DNA of 64,000 bases, from the IMG/VR virus record IMGVR_UViG_3300024306_000013, one strand, 5' to 3'. The translations under genes and the position numbers were made by a program. Positions 47,362 to 54,791 of the stretch are shown piece by piece; the stretch's first letter is position 1; each line of letters starts with the position of its first letter. Source of the stretch: a virus. Below the pieces are notes generated by a model, which was given only the letters and a program-made list of their open reading frames with translations, did no database searches and was not told the DNA's origin.

Positions 47362-48428
47362 TGCCCCCTCTTCATTACAGTGACTTCAGCCATGCTCTGC
47401 CAGCTGTCCGGAAAGCTCTTGCGCAGGTCTGCCACTTTGAGCACCGTACGCAAGCTCAGCTCACGCATCTTAGCACGATTGCCAATCACATATTCGATGA
47501 TCTCGTCGCGCTCGTTGCCTTCGAAGTCATAGGTATCCAACATGCCGTCCTGTACGATCTGCTTGATACGAAGCACCTTCTCACGATCTGTGTCCATCTG
47601 GAGATCGATGTAGTGGCAACGGCTTTCAAGAGCAGCCAAGTGATCCTGTAGCTTTTTACTGCGCACGTTCTCGAACTTGATGTTAGTAATGAAGATCGCA
47701 CCTGCTTTAAACTCAAACTTGTCAGGCACTCCTTCGTTACGTAGCACACGGCTGTCAGTGTTCCACGAAATGGTACGCTTCTTGCTGGAATCCAGTGCGG
47801 CCTTGAGGATGTTCAAGCTGAGATCGTCAAGCAGTACAGAGTCGCAGTCATCGAACACGATAACGTTACCTTTCTCTGAATACTTGTAGAGCTTGGCGTA
47901 CAGGCCTACCGCAGACATCGCGCCTTTGACCACTTCGTACTTGGGTCGGCGATTGCCCAGGGTGTTGAACAGATCTTCTTTAGACAGTACTTCTTCTACG
48001 CCAAAGGATTTGCCCACACCCGGAGGACCCGTCACGATCATAGCACGTACAGTACCTTCTTTGACTGCCTGTGTCATGTGCTTGAGCACTTCAAAACGGC
48101 CACGCAGTCGCTCGATGATCTGCTCATCGGTTTCATGTGCGACTACTTCATCGCTGACTTTGATCTGCTCCAAACTTTTGTCTCCTGCGGGTGTAGCTGG
48201 CACACCGCTGACGACTACGTAGCTTTGTGCTGACGAGCAACGGATACGGATTGAACGATCTGGGATACCAGCGTTCTTTGGGTAGACTGAGCCACCTGCT
48301 ACAGTTACATAGCCACCGTTGGCACCCTCACGATATTGTTCCACGAGCTCGAAACGGTTACCCGCCATGGACACTTCTTGCCCACGGATCTTATAGGTAC
48401 CTTCGCGCATCTCGATGATTGCTGGCAT
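47358..48428 (-). CDS. AAA-family P-loop ATPase
   Basis: GPPGVGKS, VFDDCD, LKAALD, IFITN, ALESR. Confidence 0.8.
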   Translation of the reverse strand: MPAIIEMREGTYKIRGQEVSMAGNRFELVEQYREGANGGYVTVAGGSVYPKNAGIPDRSIRIRCSSAQSYVVVSGVPATPAGDKSLEQIKVSDEVVAHETDEQIIERLRGRFEVLKHMTQAVKEGTVRAMIVTGPPGVGKSFGVEEVLSKEDLFNTLGNRRPKYEVVKGAMSAVGLYAKLYKYSEKGNVIVFDDCDSVLLDDLSLNILKAALDSSKKRTISWNTDSRVLRNEGVPDKFEFKAGAIFITNIKFENVRSKKLQDHLAALESRCHYIDLQMDTDREKVLRIKQIVQDGMLDTYDFEGNERDEIIEYVIGNRAKMRELSLRTVLKVADLRKSFPDSWQSMAEVTVMKRGQ

Positions 48429-48512
48429 TGTCGCTCCTAAAGAAAGTTGTTAAACATGTCAGTATTATACTGCCAGTGGGGGCTGTTGTCAACCCCCACG
48501 AGCCCTATAACA

Positions 48513-48866
48513 TCAAATTTGGGCAAACTTGTTGAGTGCTTCCTGCGCACCCGCGTCCAGCATACAGGCATCCATCGCCGCTTGCTTTTCACGTGCGACC
48601 AGCTTGCGATAGTCCTCAAGCTCTGCTTTCTTTGCTTCCATAGCAGGCCACTCCACATCCTGCGGGTTGAGGTAAGGACCCGTGTAGTCTACCTTGTCTG
48701 CTTTAAGGGTGATCTCGCCAGTGCGGATGCCCTCAAAGACCATGCCCCAGGTAGGCTGTTGTGGACGACCGCTGGGTCCAAAAAGTGCCACTGCCAGCGA
48801 ATTGACCTTTTCCTCTGCGATCTCGTTGAGACGGCGGACGAAATACTCACGTGCTTGTTGTTCCAT
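48513..48866 (-). CDS. Early hypothetical protein
   Basis: 117 aa; promoter plus CAGGAGCG RBS. Confidence 0.65.
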   Translation of the reverse strand: MEQQAREYFVRRLNEIAEEKVNSLAVALFGPSGRPQQPTWGMVFEGIRTGEITLKADKVDYTGPYLNPQDVEWPAMEAKKAELEDYRKLVAREKQAAMDACMLDAGAQEALNKFAQI

Positions 48867-48937
48867 GTTGCGCTCCTGTGTGTGTTAAACAAGTCTGTAT
48901 TATACAGGGCTTAGGGTGCCCTGTCAACCCCTTTTGG

Positions 48938-49375
48938 TTAGGCTGCTTGCCTATCTTCGCAGAACTCGTAGAAGCGACCAATGGGCCCATCGAACAGAGC
49001 AGTATTAGTATCGCTTTGGGTGAGCCCAAACATATTAAAGCCACGATCGCGGACCTGTACATGTATCACACGATCACGCTCGTAGACATGATACTCATAG
49101 TCCTGGCCGCAGTCTACGGCACTCACAGGGTGTAGATAGAACTGCCCGGGGCCGTCCTTGAAGTGTGCGACCAACTGTGCTGCGAGGCAGCTCATGCCGT
49201 TGAACACGGGGCGATCGTCACCGCGCAGGCCGTTGACCAGTGTGCCCTGTGTGAGGAAACGTGCTAGCTCAGCACCGTGGCCCTCCGGATAGCCATCGTA
49301 CTGGCGATAAAGGTTGATGATGGCTGCGTCGGTGATGTCGCCATCATAGACGAAAGTGAGACAACGTGTACCCAT
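48938..49375 (-). CDS. Hypothetical protein with a YDGYP motif
   Basis: MGTR...YRQYDGYP.GHG..L..FL. Confidence 0.7.
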   Translation of the reverse strand: MGTRCLTFVYDGDITDAAIINLYRQYDGYPEGHGAELARFLTQGTLVNGLRGDDRPVFNGMSCLAAQLVAHFKDGPGQFYLHPVSAVDCGQDYEYHVYERDRVIHVQVRDRGFNMFGLTQSDTNTALFDGPIGRFYEFCEDRQAA

Positions 49376-49455
49376 AATGCGCTCCTGTGTGTTGTTGACT
49401 GTGCCTGTATTATAGCAGCAGGGGAGCCGTTTGTCAACCCCCCTGCTGCTGCTAG

Positions 49456-49758
49456 TTATTCCATGCTAGCAAGCTCGTCCTCTTGCATGCCCTGCTCTGT
49501 AAACGTCACAGCGTAGCCCAGTGCCTCGCTAATAGCGTCCTCAAAGCCCGTGTCTGTGTAAATGTCCCATGTCGTGTCGTGTGTAACATAAATGCTCTTA
49601 TAGTCATCTTCTTCTGTTACACTAATCGCAGTCACACGCACTTGTCTGCCTGCTTCACAGCCCCACAAGCCGTCACCAGCTGTAGTAACTATAAAGTCGC
49701 AGTCGTATTCACGTGTTAACATGCCGTCTTCGTTGTGCTCTGCTGTCAATGTTAGCAT
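49456..49758 (-). CDS. Acidic early protein
   Basis: Start at MLTLTAEH after AAGGAGCGA. Confidence 0.65.
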   Translation of the reverse strand: MLTLTAEHNEDGMLTREYDCDFIVTTAGDGLWGCEAGRQVRVTAISVTEEDDYKSIYVTHDTTWDIYTDTGFEDAISEALGYAVTFTEQGMQEDELASME

Positions 49759-49819
49759 ATGTCGCTCCTTGTTAAACATGTCTGTATTATACTGTCGCTA
49801 GCCCAATCTGTCAACTGCT

Positions 49820-50074
49820 TTATGCTGTGCTGTACTTAGGAAATTCAAATCCGCCATGCGCCCCGTACCACTTGCCGTTGCTGCGCATGTAGTAGCCCTG
49901 CGCATACCACCTCGCACACTGTCCGCTAATGCTGCGGTGGTGGCTGGCATGCTGCCCCGCCTTGCTCATCAGTTTCGCTTCTGCCAGTGTCAGCACGTCA
50001 TGTGCCGCCGCGTCCGCTCTCGCCGCAGCGTTGCGCAGCTCTGTGGCTTTAATTAATTGCTGTGCTCTGTCCAT
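49820..50074 (-). CDS. Early hypothetical protein
   Basis: Start at MDRAQQ after AAGGAGCG. Confidence 0.55.
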   Translation of the reverse strand: MDRAQQLIKATELRNAAARADAAAHDVLTLAEAKLMSKAGQHASHHRSISGQCARWYAQGYYMRSNGKWYGAHGGFEFPKYSTA

Positions 50075-50125
50075 CGTCCGCTCCTTGTTAAACATGCGGC
50101 TATTATACAGCCTCTGCGGGCAGTG

Positions 50126-50455
50126 TCAACCAAAATCGCCTCGCACATCTGTGTTTAAATTTGGGCGCACCTCACGGCGTATACGTACTTCTTCTCTGTG
50201 TGCCTCAGCCTTGCCGCGTATCACAGCATGTACTATGATGGTGATGTCTTCTTTGTTCGCGACAGTCCGCAGTGCGCGACACAGGGCCCAATCTTTGTTC
50301 TCGCTGTGAGCACGATAGAAGTGCTTGGCAGCACGAGCGCGGACGCTTTTGTTAACAGTGCTCTCTGTCTTAGCTGTCACGCCGATGTAGTTGCCCTGGG
50401 GTACACGCAGCTCGTAGATGATGTGGTTTCTGTCTGTTCGTTTAGCTCGTGCCAT
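50126..50455 (-). CDS. GIY-YIG-like nuclease-domain protein
   Basis: IIYEL...NYIGVT...R...H. Confidence 0.65.
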   Translation of the reverse strand: MARAKRTDRNHIIYELRVPQGNYIGVTAKTESTVNKSVRARAAKHFYRAHSENKDWALCRALRTVANKEDITIIVHAVIRGKAEAHREEVRIRREVRPNLNTDVRGDFG

Positions 50456-50831
50456 CGTTCGCTCCTTCATTGTCAGTATTGTACAGCCATCCGCCCAAAC
50501 TGTCAACCAAAAACAGCAGATTTTTTCGATTATTTTTTCTGTGGCATTCTGAACACAGTGTGGCATTTCTGCCACAGCCCGCCGAGCGCCCCTTAGCTGC
50601 CCAGCACAGACCCCTGACCACAGGTATGCGCAGCACGTGAAGCCGTCGGGATCATCATTCAGCTGCTGTTCATGTGCTGCTGCTCGAGTGATCTGACCGT
50701 GCCCCGCCCAGAGTTCTCACACTGCTGCCCGTGACTGACTCGTGATCGCTGCTCTGCTGACTGTAAATTTACTCGGGTATTTGCTCGGGTCGTTGCTGCT
50801 GCTGTGCTGCTGCTGTGTAGTGAGAGAACAG

Positions 50832-50907
50832 TGGTGGGCCCAGTAGGATTCGAACCTACAGTCAACGGATTATGAGTCCGCTGCTTTAACCGTTAAGCTA
50901 TAGGCCC
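50832..50907 (-). tRNA. tRNA with anticodon CAU, likely Ile2 (lysidine type); CCA encoded
   Basis: GGGCCTATAGCTTAACGGTTAAAGCAGCGGACTCATAATCCGTTGACTGTAGGTTCGAATCCTACTGGGCCCACCA; 76-nt cloverleaf with TTCGAA T-loop. Confidence 0.9.
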
Positions 50908-50915
50908 AACACTGT

Positions 50916-51200
50916 TCACTCGAGGCCGCGAATCCTCGCTTCTATCTCTTCCGTGATCGCTTGATCCCTGCGACCCTTCAGGATGAATCTGTGTAGATCT
51001 TCTATGTGTGTCATGAACACTTCCGGCACTGCTGCTGCTGCGCGATCCATATCCCACTGTGAAGGATAGTGCCGCAACACTGCCCGGGCACGATCCCTAA
51101 TGCTGCTGTGTACACGTGGAGTGGCTTTGGGATCACAGAGATCTCGCAACATGCGTTCAGCTGCGATCACAGCACGATAGCGTTCGTCTGGCAGTGTCAT
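50916..51200 (-). CDS. Hypothetical protein
   Basis: MTLPDERYRAV...TPRV...R.RA..VLRHYP. Confidence 0.7.
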   Translation of the reverse strand: MTLPDERYRAVIAAERMLRDLCDPKATPRVHSSIRDRARAVLRHYPSQWDMDRAAAAVPEVFMTHIEDLHRFILKGRRDQAITEEIEARIRGLE

Positions 51201-51201
51201 A

Positions 51202-51417
51202 TTATTCCTTAACCTTAGCAGCGGGGCCTATTGGTCTAGTGTCCCTATACATTTCACAGACCTGACCCTGACAGATCCATGGCGGAATACGATCTAAAAG
51301 TGATTGACCCCGGCGTATATCTGGGTCCCAGGCAGCATCACGATAGTCTCTGTACTGTGTATTAGCACAGCCAGCGAGCGTGATAGCCAGTAGTGTAAGT
51401 GTAGTGATCGCTCTCAT
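51202..51417 (-). CDS. Small lipoprotein
   Basis: Signal peptide with an LAGC lipobox. Confidence 0.6.
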   Translation of the reverse strand: MRAITTLTLLAITLAGCANTQYRDYRDAAWDPDIRRGQSLLDRIPPWICQGQVCEMYRDTRPIGPAAKVKE

Positions 51418-51480
51418 AGTCTGTATAGTATATGCTCAGATACGCAGTGTGTCAACCAGATCTAGCGCAGCGGGGCCAGT

Positions 51481-51680
51481 GAGAGAACCGTGGAAAGAGG
51501 ATCAAGAATGGTCAAAAACGGTGGTGAGAATGGTGTCATATGATTCAAAAACGTGGGAAATGGTGCCGCACAGTCATGGCCAAACGATTCAAACGATGGT
51601 GGTTTTGGAGGTATGCTAAAAATGGTCCCCACCCGTTTTCCACCGTTTTCCACCGTTTTCCACCCTTCTCCCACCGAGTC
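51481..51680. repeat. Degenerate ~10-bp repeat array in inverted arrangement
   Basis: Tandem CACCGTTTTC units at about 51630-51665, mirrored by AAAACGGTGG/GAAATGGTG-like units at about 51505-51625. Confidence 0.7.
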
Positions 51681-51764
51681 TTCTCGGCTCTACACAGTCA
51701 CTGCCAGCGTACACACACTATCCTTCGCAGCGGGGCCTGTGCCCTTAGCTCTTTTAAATACTGT

Positions 51765-51962
51765 ATGCGTATACTATGCTATCGTTCCTGGAGTTCATAT
51801 ACTGTACGTGATCGTGTGATTAATTTGATCCGCCACCCGGGCTGGTTTGAACCCATACATGAGTTGTGTACAGACTATTTTCTACTGGAAGACTCTGTAG
51901 CTATAGTGTTGCTAGCAGATCCAGAATGCTTTCGATACCCTGCCAAGGACTATATCCTATGA
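51765..51962 (+). CDS. Small late hypothetical protein
   Basis: TTAAATA 4 nt upstream of the ATG. Confidence 0.5.
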   Translation: MRILCYRSWSSYTVRDRVINLIRHPGWFEPIHELCTDYFLLEDSVAIVLLADPECFRYPAKDYIL

Positions 51963-52144
51963 TCAGCCAAGATCTACACAGTCTAGTCTGTACGCAGGAA
52001 CATCTAGAACGCATTCAGGCGTACAGAGATAACCACGATGTCCTACGCATAATACACATACTGTGGGATGATCTTTACGATCGTTACATAGTGCTAGTAC
52101 GCTGTTCTCCTGCCACATTAACCATGTTGACACTGTTATGCTAG
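51959..52144 (+). CDS. Small hypothetical protein
   Basis: ATGA overlap; 61 aa. Confidence 0.45.
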   Translation: MISQDLHSLVCTQEHLERIQAYRDNHDVLRIIHILWDDLYDRYIVLVRCSPATLTMLTLLC

Positions 52145-52329
52145 CCACACTCAAAAGCATGGACACGCGAGATCAGGACTTTTTCTTTGCTTGGTGCCAC
52201 AGCCAAAACGTTCCCTGTATGCGTGTCAAGCGTGGAGGGGGCTATCGTGCTGCTGCCATCGTGCCCGTGGACAGTCAGCAGACGGTAATCTTCATGCTGG
52301 TTTGGAGTTCGCGCTGTGAGTTTTCCTGA
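52138..52329 (+). CDS. Small hypothetical protein
   Basis: 63 aa, overlaps the previous gene. Confidence 0.45.
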   Translation: MLATLKSMDTRDQDFFFAWCHSQNVPCMRVKRGGGYRAAAIVPVDSQQTVIFMLVWSSRCEFS

Positions 52330-52426
52330 GGGGAATTTTTGCTGCGCATCGCTTCGCTCCAGGGTAAATTATCGCAAAGTCTTTTGGATTGGGTAAATAC
52401 CCTATATAGAGTTATGGAGGACTCAT

Positions 52427-52678
52427 ATGCGTAAACTCACACTACTATTAGCCACTGTCATGTTCGCTGTCGCTTCAGGCGGTGCTTATTCAGCTGAACC
52501 TGTGAAAAAGCCTGCTAGCACTCAAGCACAGAAAAAGTCAGATCCCAAGTGGAAGAACAACAGTTTGGCCAAGAAGCAAGCAGAGTGTAAGGCCAATCCT
52601 GAGTTGGACAAGTGTAAGAAAAAACCTGCTACCAAGCCCGCACCTGCCAAGAAGCAGCCAGCCAAAAAGAAGGCCTAA
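52427..52678 (+). CDS. Secreted Lys-rich small protein
   Basis: Signal peptide (AYS|AEP), one Cys pair, GGAGG RBS. Confidence 0.65.
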   Translation: MRKLTLLLATVMFAVASGGAYSAEPVKKPASTQAQKKSDPKWKNNSLAKKQAECKANPELDKCKKKPATKPAPAKKQPAKKKA

Positions 52679-52681
52679 CAG

Positions 52682-53044
52682 ATGCGAGTGTTTGCTAGTC
52701 TGCTCATAGCACTGAGCCTAGGGGGTTGTGCTTCCCTAAAAGAGCTATGGCCCCGAGCACATGATCCTGTGTTGGTGGACCGTTGGGTGGACACACAGAT
52801 AGCCATAGAGCGTGTGGACTGTGCTAGCAAGCCCATACGGGGTTGGGATGTGGCCACAGACAGCTCAGAGCGTTTGGCTAGACTAAGTGAATTTAGAGCA
52901 GATCCTCAGGCTCGTAACATGAGGGGGCTGGCTGATCTGATCAAGACAGCAGCAGGTCGAGACAGCAAGACATTCTGCGAATTGTCTGTTAAATTGGCGC
53001 AGGATCGTCTGCGAGCAGCACGTTCGGCTTGGGAGGGCCGTTGA
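52682..53044 (+). CDS. Lipoprotein
   Basis: LGGC lipobox. Confidence 0.7.
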   Translation: MRVFASLLIALSLGGCASLKELWPRAHDPVLVDRWVDTQIAIERVDCASKPIRGWDVATDSSERLARLSEFRADPQARNMRGLADLIKTAAGRDSKTFCELSVKLAQDRLRAARSAWEGR

Positions 53045-53046
53045 TC

Positions 53047-53286
53047 ATGGATTATCAAGTAGAACTAGAAAATCTCAAATTGGTGTCGCCACAGGCCGCC
53101 AGTTTGGCACAGCGCATACAGGAAATAGATGGTGCGCTACAGCGAGGAGAAATCACTGTACAGGATAGACAGTTTTTCCTAGAACAGGTCAGAGATGTGG
53201 AAATCGCTCAGCAGCTGGCCGGGGATGAAAACGCAGTACGCATGGCCGTGGCCATAGTGGGAGCAGCTATCACAGTTTTTGGTTAA
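53047..53286 (+). CDS. Small protein with a C-terminal hydrophobic segment
   Basis: Start re-assigned to MDYQVELE. Confidence 0.55.
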   Translation: MDYQVELENLKLVSPQAASLAQRIQEIDGALQRGEITVQDRQFFLEQVRDVEIAQQLAGDENAVRMAVAIVGAAITVFG

Positions 53287-53293
53287 ATATCAC

Positions 53294-53536
53294 ATGCGCA
53301 TATCAGAAGTCATCACCGTCCCAGACATAGAAGAAGAACGTGCCAGCCGTGCTCTGTGTACGTCAGGCAAGCCCGATTCAGCATTGGGCGCCAGCAACCT
53401 AGCCAGCTGTAAGAGCCAGGGCTATCGTTCACGCGATGGCGGCAAGAGCCACAAGATCGGACATGATCGAGTCAAGGTCAGAGGCAAGAAAATCAAAGGC
53501 AAAAAATACGGCGGTCCCTTACCCGACTGGAGCTGA
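53294..53536 (+). CDS. Basic late hypothetical protein
   Basis: TTAAATA 4 nt upstream; SRALC.S.KPDS.LGAS.L.SCKSQG.R. Confidence 0.65.
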   Translation: MRISEVITVPDIEEERASRALCTSGKPDSALGASNLASCKSQGYRSRDGGKSHKIGHDRVKVRGKKIKGKKYGGPLPDWS

Positions 53537-53538
53537 CG

Positions 53539-54081
53539 ATGATCTCAGCAGGTGACATACTGATAGCACCTCCAGGCCTGCCCGACAGTCGTTTTTCAGA
53601 AACTGTGATCTATCTTTGGGAACACAGCCTCAAGGGTTCAGCGGGCGTGGTACTAAACAGGCCCTCTACCAACACCATACAGGAAGTCTGCTCAGATGTA
53701 GTCGAACACATAGGCAGTCACTGCCTCTATTGGGGTGGCCCTGTGCTGCCCAACATAGTGTTCATGCTACACAGCGCAGAGTGGAGCACGGTCAAGACAC
53801 AGATCATAGACCCCCAGATCGCTGTGACTTCAGACAGTGAAATGTTCCTGCGTGTCAGCGAGCTACAGCCCATGTATTGGCGAGCATTCTTTGGACACTC
53901 GGGATGGGCCCCAGGACAGCTAGAGGGCGAGCTGAGAGGACAAGAGCCCTGGCGATCCGAACAAAGCTGGCTGGTATGGCATGAACCCCCTGCGGAGTGG
54001 CTGTTCGAGTGCCCAGAAGACGACATGTGGCAAAGCGCCATAGATCACTGCCGCAGCCAAGCAGTGGCCAGTTGGTTCTAA
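53539..54081 (+). CDS. yqgE: YqgE/AlgH (DUF179) family protein
   Basis: LIAPPG..D.RF..TVI, G.VLNRP, WGGPV, FFG.SGW.PGQLEGE, W. Confidence 0.88.
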   Translation: MISAGDILIAPPGLPDSRFSETVIYLWEHSLKGSAGVVLNRPSTNTIQEVCSDVVEHIGSHCLYWGGPVLPNIVFMLHSAEWSTVKTQIIDPQIAVTSDSEMFLRVSELQPMYWRAFFGHSGWAPGQLEGELRGQEPWRSEQSWLVWHEPPAEWLFECPEDDMWQSAIDHCRSQAVASWF

Positions 54082-54341
54082 CGATCGCTGTTCTTGATCG
54101 TGTCCAACAACTGATTGCGGCTGTCCTTGTACTTTTGCCAGCTGTCTCGGAAAGTGTCTACCACTGCCCACTTGATCATCCAGCCCAAAAAGATCACCAT
54201 GGCAGCACCACTGCTCCATAGATCATAGGGCGAAGGCCACAGCCAACTGGTAGCACTGAGCGCGAACCCTGCCAAAAAACACCACTTCCAAAATTCCAAG
54301 CCTGAGAATACCCAGCGCAGCCATCCAAAAAACAATTTCAT
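54078..54341 (-). CDS. Small membrane protein
   Basis: Two Trp-rich hydrophobic segments. Confidence 0.6.
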   Translation of the reverse strand: MKLFFGWLRWVFSGLEFWKWCFLAGFALSATSWLWPSPYDLWSSGAAMVIFLGWMIKWAVVDTFRDSWQKYKDSRNQLLDTIKNSDR

Positions 54342-54565
54342 TTGCTAACCTTTCTATACCATTGGGGGTCTATCATTTCCAGCAGTGGACCCAAACGACT
54401 GGGCGCCACGCTGGCATATTCGTTACCGTCTACACATTCGATCACGTCATGTCTCAGTGTCAGAGCAGCCACACTATCATAAAAGGCTCTCAATCGATCG
54501 TGCTGTGTCTGTAGGTCTTCTAGACGAGCCTGCGTGTCCGAAGCTACTACCATCCAATCTGTCAT
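54338..54565 (-). CDS. Hypothetical protein
   Basis: 75 aa, coupled. Confidence 0.55.
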   Translation of the reverse strand: MTDWMVVASDTQARLEDLQTQHDRLRAFYDSVAALTLRHDVIECVDGNEYASVAPSRLGPLLEMIDPQWYRKVSK

Positions 54566-54566
54566 G

Positions 54567-54791
54567 CTATTTTCCTCTCAGGTGATCTACGACCATGGCC
54601 TTGGCCCTAGAATCTAGATCCTGCCGTTCAGCTTCACGCAGTGCGTCACCAAACAGATTGACTAGATCTATGACTGCTCGTTCACCGTCGGCAGTCAGCT
54701 TGCCTCGATAATAGTCTTGGAAGTAGCGAGGGTCGCGCATGATGCCGCGTAGTCCTCCTACCAAGCCAAGTTCCAGAGCCTTGACCTCCAT
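54567..54791 (-). CDS. Hypothetical protein
   Basis: 74 aa, coupled to the ligase stop. Confidence 0.55.
   Translation of the reverse strand: MEVKALELGLVGGLRGIMRDPRYFQDYYRGKLTADGERAVIDLVNLFGDALREAERQDLDSRAKAMVVDHLRGK

Larger units (their letters stand above)
37024..51455 (-). promoter_or_regulatory. Array of 23 near-consensus sigma70 early promoters
   Basis: TTGAC(A/T/C/G)-17(16)-TA(T/C/A/G)(A)(A/C/T)T. -35 hexamers start (plus coordinates) at 37047, 37716, 37913, 38278, 38760, 39605, 40032, 40634, 41023, 41579, 41830, 42565, 44460, 45685, 46409, 46892, 48487, 48922, 49432, 49809, 50124, 50501 and 51450. Confidence 0.9.

Noticed and set aside
36646-50576. Palindrome as a host LexA, CRP or PpsR box
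   Set aside because: Spacing does not fit CTGT-N8-ACAG or TGTGA-N6-TCACA. It fits the loose TGT-N12-ACA of PpsR/TyrR, but that is too degenerate to assign.
50659-50865. 68-aa minus-strand ORF MTVGSNPTGPTT...
   Set aside because: Translation of the tRNA T-arm; not a credible gene
37024-51455. Repeated ~30-60-bp blocks as a CRISPR array or integron attC array
   Set aside because: Spacing is irregular and gene-sized, the units are promoter/RBS sequences, and no cas gene or integrase is present
51462-51819. ORFs spanning the decamer repeat locus
   Set aside because: Low-complexity translations of the repeats; only the part from 51765 has a promoter
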